A DNA stretch of 64,000 bases. Origin: Candidatus Delongbacteria bacterium. Lineage in GTDB: Bacteria > CAIWAD01. Positions 57,412 through 64,000 of the stretch are shown piece after piece. The translations under genes were made by a program, and so were the position numbers. Location of the stretch: positions 3,296,001 to 3,360,000 of the forward strand of contig OY760505.1 in assembly GCA_963663545.1 (NCBI GenBank), written 5' to 3'. How positions within the stretch are numbered: the first letter of the stretch is position 1; the number at the start of each line of letters is the position of its first letter. The notes beneath the pieces were generated by a model. That model had not been told where the DNA came from. It searched no databases and saw only the letters and a list, made by a program, of their open reading frames with translations.

Positions 57412-57645
57412 ATGACCCTCGCAGCCCTGCATCCCGGCCAAAGCGCCCGCATTACCCGAGTCAACGGAACCGGTCCCGTCAGCCGTCGCATGGCGGACAT
57501 GGGCCTTGTACCCGGACAGGAAATCCAGCTCATCCGGCTTGCCCCGCTGGGGGATCCGCTGGATCTGACCCTGATGGGCTACCGCCTTTCTCTCCGCAGA
57601 GAAGAGGCCTTGCAGGTGGATGTAGAATTATTGCTGGAGTCATGA
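57412..57645 (+). CDS. feoA: Ferrous iron transport protein A
   Basis: RRMADMGLVPG...APLGDPL...LSLRREEA. Confidence 0.93.
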   Translation: MTLAALHPGQSARITRVNGTGPVSRRMADMGLVPGQEIQLIRLAPLGDPLDLTLMGYRLSLRREEALQVDVELLLES

Positions 57646-57863
57646 TGGAATACGCAGCGCTCGCCCTCATCGTCGTGGCCGCGCTCGTGCTGGTTTGGCG
57701 CAGTTTGCGGCGCGGATCCTGTCCCGCTGGCGACCCCAAAGCACCTAGCGACAGTGCCTGTTGTGGTACATGCGCCCTGGCGGACAGTTGTGCCCTGCCT
57801 GGGAAGTCGGACGATGCCGTCGAGACTTCGAATGATGCAGCTTCGATGCGGGAGCCTTCATGA
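57642..57863 (+). CDS. FeoB-associated Cys-rich membrane protein
   Basis: TM followed by C...CCGTC....C; coupled to feoA and feoB. Confidence 0.75.
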   Translation: MMEYAALALIVVAALVLVWRSLRRGSCPAGDPKAPSDSACCGTCALADSCALPGKSDDAVETSNDAASMREPS

Positions 57864-60235
57864 GTCTGTGGCGGTCCGCACTCGGACAACGGTCGGATGA
57901 ACACAACTGTGCAGGGGGCGGAGTAGCCCAAGGGCGCGGACGATGGCGGGGTCGCGAGCGACGCTTGCACAGTCGTCAGGTGCAGTGGGCGTGTCACAGT
58001 GCCTGTGATCCATCGCGTCGTGATACAAACCTGAGCCGCATAGCGCTGGCAGGAAATCCCAATGCAGGCAAGACTTCGGTCTTCAACCTGTTGACCGGTG
58101 CACGTCAGCACGTGGCGAATTTTCCCGGAGTCACCGTCGAGCGCAAAGAGGGCGAGGCTGAGTGTTGTGGATGCGCGGTGACCGTCGTTGATCTGCCCGG
58201 CACCTACTCGCTGACGGCTTATTCCATTGAGGAAATTGTAGCACGCAACTACCTAGTGGACGAGCGACCCGATTTGGTGGTGGATGTGCTGGACACCAGT
58301 AATCTGCAGCGCAACCTCTACCTGGCGACTCAGTTGCTGGAGTTGGAGCTCCCGCTGGTGCTGGTGGCCAACATGGTCGATGTAGCACGCCGACGCGGCA
58401 TGCATGTGGACCTGGATGAGCTTGCCCGTCAGCTGAAGTTGCCGGTAGTCGCCATGGAGGGCCACCGCGGCAATGGTCTGCACGAGCTACGGCAGGTGAT
58501 ACACGGCTGTCTGAATTGTTCAGGCGAAGATGAGCGGCCCTGTCCAGGAAAGGATGGCCGCCGCGTCGAGTTCGGTGAATCCGTCGAAACTCTGGTGGGC
58601 TGGCTGGAGCAGGAAATCGACCGCCACTGGCGCGCCGAGGTTCGCACTCATCCACCGGCACGCTGGCTTGCGTTGCGATTGTTGGAACGCGATGCCCGCG
58701 TACGCGATCATCTGCACCTCTGGCTGCATCACGCCTGTCGGATTCAGGAGAAGGCCGAGGAAATCTCCGCGGGAATCGAAGAGACCACTGGCGTACACAC
58801 CGAAATTTATCTCGCAAACAGGCGTTACGAGTTCATTCAGCAACTAATGCAGGCCTGCCGCTTGGAGCAGCCGCGTCGCAGCCTAGGTGGTTTTCGCACG
58901 GATCGCGTAGATCGAGTTTTGCTACACCGCTTCTGGGGTGTGCCCATCTTCCTGGGGCTGATGTTCTTCACTTTCTGGCTGACCTTTACCCTGGGAGCCA
59001 TTCCCATGGGCTGGATCGAGTCGGGCATCGGACTTCTGGCCGGCTGGCTGGACGGCGTCTGGCCCGGCGGTGGCCCGCTCAAAGGATTGGTGCTGGATGG
59101 CGTGTTGGGCGGAGTCGGCGGCGTGCTGGTCTTCCTCCCCAATATCCTGTTGCTCTTCACTTGCCTGAGCCTGATGGAGGACACGGGCTACATGGCTCGC
59201 GCCGCCTTCCTGCTGGACCGTCTGATGCAGCGTATTGGGCTGCACGGCAAGGCGTTTATCCCGCTGCTGACGGGCTTCGGATGCAGCATTCCCGGCATCA
59301 TGGGAACGCGTGTGATGGAAAACGAGCGTGATCGTTTGCTGACCATTCTGGTGTTGCCGCTGATGAGTTGCGGCGCGCGGCTTCCCATCTACCTGCTCAT
59401 TATTCCGGCCTTCTTCCCGGCCAAGTTGCACGCGGGCATGCTATTCAGCATCTACCTGATCGGCGTTGTGTTGGCGGTGGCACTGGCCAAACTGCTGAAG
59501 ATCTCGGTTTTTCGCGGCGCTGCTACGCCCTTTGTCATGGAAATGCCGCCCTACAAACTGCCCACTCTGCGTAGCGTGATGCTGCAATTGCGCAACCGCA
59601 GCTGGATGTACGTGCACAAGGCGGGCACGCTGATTCTGGGAGTGTCCGTGCTCTTGTGGGTGATGGCTAGTTTGCCCAAACCATCGACGTATCACAATGA
59701 CTACGACGGAATTCGCCAGAACCTGCTTGCAAAGACGGCTCAAGTGGAAGGTGTATCACCGGCAGAGCTGATCATCGATCAACTACCGACCGCTGTTGCT
59801 GACAGCCTGATTCGTCTGGATAATCTGCAGGCGGAGGAGGATCTCGAATACTCGCTGCTTGGACGTCTGGGCAAAGCCATCGAACCCGTGATGCGGCCGA
59901 TGGGCTTTGACTGGAAGATCAGCGCCAGCTTCCTGGGGGCCTTTGCGGCCAAGGAGGTCTTTGTAGCACAAATGGGCGTCGTCTACGCTATGGGTGAGAC
60001 GGACGAAGGCAGTACGGGGCTGCGTGAGATTCTGCGGGAACGCTACCGGCCACTGGTGGGCTTCTGCATCATGCTTTTTGCGCTGATCGCAACCCCCTGC
60101 ATGGCTACCTTTGCGGTGACACGGCGTGAGACAGGTTCGATTCGCTGGGCTTGGTTCCAGCTGCTCGGGCTGACGGCGGTTGCCTGGATGTTGACGACTC
60201 TTGTTTACCAAATGGGTAGTCTGCTCGGATTTTGA
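57860..60235 (+). CDS. feoB: Ferrous iron transporter FeoB
   Basis: GNPNAGKTS; NFPGVTVE; DLPGTYSL; NMVD; GFGC; MSCGARLP. Confidence 0.95.
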   Translation: MSLWRSALGQRSDEHNCAGGGVAQGRGRWRGRERRLHSRQVQWACHSACDPSRRDTNLSRIALAGNPNAGKTSVFNLLTGARQHVANFPGVTVERKEGEAECCGCAVTVVDLPGTYSLTAYSIEEIVARNYLVDERPDLVVDVLDTSNLQRNLYLATQLLELELPLVLVANMVDVARRRGMHVDLDELARQLKLPVVAMEGHRGNGLHELRQVIHGCLNCSGEDERPCPGKDGRRVEFGESVETLVGWLEQEIDRHWRAEVRTHPPARWLALRLLERDARVRDHLHLWLHHACRIQEKAEEISAGIEETTGVHTEIYLANRRYEFIQQLMQACRLEQPRRSLGGFRTDRVDRVLLHRFWGVPIFLGLMFFTFWLTFTLGAIPMGWIESGIGLLAGWLDGVWPGGGPLKGLVLDGVLGGVGGVLVFLPNILLLFTCLSLMEDTGYMARAAFLLDRLMQRIGLHGKAFIPLLTGFGCSIPGIMGTRVMENERDRLLTILVLPLMSCGARLPIYLLIIPAFFPAKLHAGMLFSIYLIGVVLAVALAKLLKISVFRGAATPFVMEMPPYKLPTLRSVMLQLRNRSWMYVHKAGTLILGVSVLLWVMASLPKPSTYHNDYDGIRQNLLAKTAQVEGVSPAELIIDQLPTAVADSLIRLDNLQAEEDLEYSLLGRLGKAIEPVMRPMGFDWKISASFLGAFAAKEVFVAQMGVVYAMGETDEGSTGLREILRERYRPLVGFCIMLFALIATPCMATFAVTRRETGSIRWAWFQLLGLTAVAWMLTTLVYQMGSLLGF

Positions 60236-60244
60236 GAAAGGCTA

Positions 60245-61063
60245 CTAACTGCGGCGGCGGGGAGGCTTGATCCAGCCACTGCGCGGGCAGAGGCGTGCGA
60301 GAGTCCGCATAAGTGTGATGCGGCGTCGGCCTTTGGCCCACTCCTCGGAAGGGAGTCCGGGAAAGAGTTCGCGTCCGGCACAGCGATTTGCTTCGGCCAG
60401 TTTTTGCCTGAAACCACCGGGCAGATCCTCAATATGATGTGTCACCATGGGACCCTCCGGAAAGCAGCGGAAGCGACCGCCCCACTGATTCCAGCAGCGA
60501 CGCAGCAGGCCGGGAATGTGCACCGGTTCCAACTCGCGAATGCGTAATGCCTTTAGCCCGTGATCCTGCAAGTAGTTGGCTACGTGACACTCAGCGTGTT
60601 GATGAAAATCCACCAGACCCGGATGCGCCTGCAACACGCTGCGTCGCACGAGCGCCAGATCCAGTGCTTGACTGCTCCAGCGATCCTGCCAGAAGGCAGA
60701 GGCCCAGTCGGCGTTTTCCTGTTCTAGATGGTTCAGTGTATCACGCAGCAACCGGTCGTCAAAAAGCCAGGTATCCGCTTCCAGCAGCAGCACCCATTCG
60801 CATTGAGGGGGAAGATGTGGAATGGAGGCCAACAGCAGTTGAGCATTGCCGCCGATGTGCCCCGCGTTATGCGTCAACTCAAGAATGGAATCTGCTGCCG
60901 CGCGGACATCCGCGGGAATCTCGAATCCCCGTGATACACCGTTGCTCACGATCATCAACTGCGTAGCAATCCGCCAGTGCTCCTTGACGCAGCGCACCGC
61001 CACCTGCAGATCCTGCATGCGATCGTGAACACGTATCACAACTGCCAGCGGTGCCTGTGTCAT
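60245..61063 (-). CDS. GT2-fold glycosyltransferase-like protein
   Basis: LAVVIRVHDR; WVLLLEADTW; LPS operon context. Confidence 0.6.
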   Translation of the reverse strand: MTQAPLAVVIRVHDRMQDLQVAVRCVKEHWRIATQLMIVSNGVSRGFEIPADVRAAADSILELTHNAGHIGGNAQLLLASIPHLPPQCEWVLLLEADTWLFDDRLLRDTLNHLEQENADWASAFWQDRWSSQALDLALVRRSVLQAHPGLVDFHQHAECHVANYLQDHGLKALRIRELEPVHIPGLLRRCWNQWGGRFRCFPEGPMVTHHIEDLPGGFRQKLAEANRCAGRELFPGLPSEEWAKGRRRITLMRTLARLCPRSGWIKPPRRRS

Positions 61064-61872
61064 CTCAAACCCTTAAAGAAACGGGCGATGCGTGAACCAA
61101 GACGATTGTCAAGAAGCGCAACGCGCTGAAGATCCACTTCGTTTAGCCACTCCACCAGCAGATCCGTGTGATCCGCGTAGAGCTTGAGGTGACGTTCGCG
61201 AATGCGCGCAAATGCTTGTGCTTCCATCATGCGTGAACTGCGCTTGGAGAGCGACTTCTGTCGTTGTTGCGGCTTGCGGTATTCGAAGAGCTCCTCTTCG
61301 ATGCGGTGGATGCGACCACCCAGTTCCAGCAAGCTTAGCCAGAAGTCGTAATCAATACGAATGGGCAACTCTTCGCAGTAACCGCCGACTCGCTCCCAAT
61401 CTTTCCGGCGGTACAGTGAAGAAACATGCAGCAGATTACGTCGCAGGAGGCTGCGCATGGTATACGCGGGTAGTTCCCAGGGACCGGTCTTAGCGTCGAA
61501 GTAGCGCGCCTTGCAGGTTACGACGCGCACGTCGTCATGGTTCTGGAAGACCCGCAGGGCTTTCTCGACATAGGTGGGCAGCAGTCGGTCGTCGTTCAGA
61601 GGCAGAATGAACTCGCCCCTTGCTGCAGTTACGCCCGTGTTCAAAGCAGCGGAGGGACCGCCGTTTTCTCGATGCAGCAGACGTGTGCGCGGACGCTCGA
61701 AGTTCTTCAAGAGGCGCAGGGTTTCGGCTTCGTCGCTGCCGTCGTTGACGACGATGACCTCCAATTCTGGCCAGGTTTGCGCGAGAGCCGAATCCACAGC
61801 TTCAGCCAAATAGCGTCCCTGATTCCAGCACGGGATCACGACACTGACCAAGGGCGCATCCGACGCGTTCAT
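61060..61872 (-). CDS. Glycosyltransferase family 2
   Basis: VSVVIPCWN...VVNDGSD...NGGPSAALN. Confidence 0.92.
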   Translation of the reverse strand: MNASDAPLVSVVIPCWNQGRYLAEAVDSALAQTWPELEVIVVNDGSDEAETLRLLKNFERPRTRLLHRENGGPSAALNTGVTAARGEFILPLNDDRLLPTYVEKALRVFQNHDDVRVVTCKARYFDAKTGPWELPAYTMRSLLRRNLLHVSSLYRRKDWERVGGYCEELPIRIDYDFWLSLLELGGRIHRIEEELFEYRKPQQRQKSLSKRSSRMMEAQAFARIRERHLKLYADHTDLLVEWLNEVDLQRVALLDNRLGSRIARFFKGLR

Positions 61873-62903
61873 GCGCTCTCCCCGGCGGGATTGGCGACGT
61901 AGCCAGCGGCGATTAACTCGTGTATCACGTGGCAGACGGCGTCCACCGGAATCTCTTCGAGTCGCTCAACCTCAAGGCAGGCGCCCTTCGTGGGCTGAGA
62001 GCGCGTGCGTGACGCAGTGGCCAGCCAGCGTTGGGCGGGATCATCGGGCTGAGTCCAGCACTCGGGGTGCACGTGGCCGAAGACGGTCACGGTCGGCACT
62101 CCATTCAGCGTTGCCAGGTGCTTGGGACCGCCATCATTGCCAGCGAAGAGCGCGCAATAGCCCATGAGCGCGCACAGTTGCGGGAAGCTGGGCAGCGGAT
62201 AGTCCACCAGCACTTCACGGGTCATCATCTCTGCAATAGCCTGGGCGTCCAGCTGTTCACCGGGACCATGAACCAGCCAGGGCAGAAAACCGCGCTCGGC
62301 CAGGCGATCGCCCAGCTCCGCCAATTTCGCAGGCGGCCATTTTTTGTAATTACGACGACTCACGCCAAAGAGAGCCACAACTGGACGCGTAAAAAACTCC
62401 TTGGCGAAGTGGCGCGCCCAGGCCTCGTCTACGCTGGTGACGGGGAATTCCAGCGCCAGATTTCCGGGCGCCAGGCTGTCATCACCGCTCATGCGCAGTT
62501 TCTCAAGCGCGGAGTACTCCGCACCCCGTTGCGTAATCAAGCGATTGTAGCACAGTCGACGAAATGTATCACGGGGGAATCCCGTGCGCAGGCGAGCGCC
62601 TGTAAACAGGGTCAGAAAGGCGGTCTTTGGTAGCGCCTGAGCGTCAATCACCCAATTATAATGACGGCCGCGCAGCACTTTGAGCATGGCGCCAAACTCG
62701 GCCAGACCAGCTTTTCTGGGGCAGATCACGACCCGGCGAACATTGGGGTTGTGCTCAAGCAACTGCGCGCCGGCGGCTTCGCAGAGCACGTCAATCTCCG
62801 CTTCGGGATGAAGCTGTTTCAGGCGTCTGAGCAAGGGTGTGATCATCAAGATGTCACCCAGCTGGCGCAATTGTATCACAAGGATACGACGAATGGCGCT
62901 CAC
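61869..62903 (-). CDS. Glycosyltransferase family 9 (heptosyltransferase-like)
   Basis: ILVIQLRQLGD; KKWP; GNDGGPKHLA. Confidence 0.9.
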   Translation of the reverse strand: MSAIRRILVIQLRQLGDILMITPLLRRLKQLHPEAEIDVLCEAAGAQLLEHNPNVRRVVICPRKAGLAEFGAMLKVLRGRHYNWVIDAQALPKTAFLTLFTGARLRTGFPRDTFRRLCYNRLITQRGAEYSALEKLRMSGDDSLAPGNLALEFPVTSVDEAWARHFAKEFFTRPVVALFGVSRRNYKKWPPAKLAELGDRLAERGFLPWLVHGPGEQLDAQAIAEMMTREVLVDYPLPSFPQLCALMGYCALFAGNDGGPKHLATLNGVPTVTVFGHVHPECWTQPDDPAQRWLATASRTRSQPTKGACLEVERLEEIPVDAVCHVIHELIAAGYVANPAGESA

Positions 62904-63295
62904 GCTTTCTTACCCGCCTGATAATCCACGTATTCCTTCTCTTCCACCAGCGTGCTGCCGAAGTGTTCGTTCAGGCGCCGCTTGATTTGAGCGCGTTCGT
63001 CGTTGGTGTAATACACGCTGCGTGCCAACTCGACGAACTCGGCGCCAAAATCCTTGCGGCTCTCCAATACACGCAACTGATCTTCCACTTCCCAAAGGCG
63101 GGAATTGATGCGGACCAGTTCGGCTTCCAACTCCTGATGAGTCAGGCCCTTTGTATCACAGACCTCCAGCAGGGCGTCCAGCTCACGCTTGACATTGGCG
63201 CGACGGCCTTCATCTTGAAACTTGTCCAGCTTGATACGCAGAATGGAGACCTTGTCCAGCAGCTCTCCCACGGAAACGGGTACCGATACGATCAT
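62900..63295 (-). CDS. DUF6165-like protein
   Basis: VSVGELLDKVSIL.IK; LWEVED; FVELARSVYYTNDER; EEK.Y. Confidence 0.8.
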   Translation of the reverse strand: MIVSVPVSVGELLDKVSILRIKLDKFQDEGRRANVKRELDALLEVCDTKGLTHQELEAELVRINSRLWEVEDQLRVLESRKDFGAEFVELARSVYYTNDERAQIKRRLNEHFGSTLVEEKEYVDYQAGKKA

Positions 63296-63309
63296 CTTCT
63301 ATCCTTGGT

Positions 63310-64000
63310 TCACACTTGAAATTGCAGTTCGTAGAGCTTGCGGTATTCGGGCGAGATTTTCAGCAGCTCCTCGTGAGGACCGATGCCGTCGATGTGGCCG
63401 TCCTTCAGGCAAACAATGCGGTCGGCGCGTATCACGGTGGACAGCCGGTGGGCGATCACCAGCGCTGTACGGCTGCCGATGCTGCGGTCCAGGGCCGATT
63501 GGACCAGCTTCTCGCTCTCGGTGTCCAGCGCACTGGTGGCCTCGTCAAAGACCAGAATCTCCGGGTGCCGGTAAACGGCGCGTGCAATGGCAAGCCGCTG
63601 TCGCTGTCCGCCGGAAAGGTTGGTGCCGCCCTCGCTAAGCAGTGTTTCGGGGCCACCCATTTCCTTTACGAAGGCCGTTGCGTTGGCCAACTCTAGTGCC
63701 TGTCGGACCGCTTCAGGATCGGGGTCAAGCTCGGGGTAGCCCACATTTTGAGCAACGCTCATGGCAAAGAGCCATGTGTCCTGACCCACCACGCCGAAGA
63801 GCCGGCGCAGGTCGTGCATGCGTAGCTCGCGCAGATCGCGACCGTCCAGCGTGATACATCCTTCCGCGGGATCCAGCAGGCGTAACACAAGATTGGCCAA
63901 TGTGGTTTTGCCGCTGCCGCTGCCGCCCACCAGCGCCAGCATTTCGCCTTTGCGCAGGCAAAGATCGATGTTCATCAACACCTGCTTGTCGCCGAAACGG
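63310..64000 (-). CDS. ABC transporter ATPase domain (MsbA-like), 5'-truncated by the window
   Basis: GGSGSGKT; LSGGQRQR; FDEATSALD; IAHRLST. Confidence 0.9.
   Translation of the reverse strand, partial: RFGDKQVLMNIDLCLRKGEMLALVGGSGSGKTTLANLVLRLLDPAEGCITLDGRDLRELRMHDLRRLFGVVGQDTWLFAMSVAQNVGYPELDPDPEAVRQALELANATAFVKEMGGPETLLSEGGTNLSGGQRQRLAIARAVYRHPEILVFDEATSALDTESEKLVQSALDRSIGSRTALVIAHRLSTVIRADRIVCLKDGHIDGIGPHEELLKISPEYRKLYELQFQV

Overview
A GC-rich bacterial chromosomal window. A T9SS-type C-terminal domain protein and LPS genes suggest a diderm FCB-group anaerobe (inference). Housekeeping and metabolic content: a chemotaxis operon end (cheA-cheW-mcp-cheB-cheR), a rex-led bifurcating [FeFe]-hydrogenase cluster with a sensory hydrogenase and phosphatase, Mrr, a MazF-type TA pair, five orphan sensor kinases, adh, lmtA, rpsT, tRNA-Leu, tatA, tsaC, feoAB and LPS glycosyltransferases. 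The most interesting signal is non-coding. (1) A dead integron has a truncated intI, an attI and two cassettes. Its first attC is split by an internally deleted IS1111/IS110-family element that keeps both ends and the ~300-bp non-coding region expected to encode a bridge/seekRNA; the second attC carries a similar end. (2) A family of covarying hairpin modules, often with GNA loops, recurs in shuffled order at ~7.1-7.7, 26.3-26.75 and 29.4-29.7 kb. It sits at the intI breakpoint and brackets a compositionally mosaic secreted-protein gene. (3) Two inverted 110-bp TA-flanked MITEs carry a central IHF site. A GNAT-APRT-nucleotidyltransferase triple fusion has a palindrome-derived linker. All calls are by eye; no searches were run.
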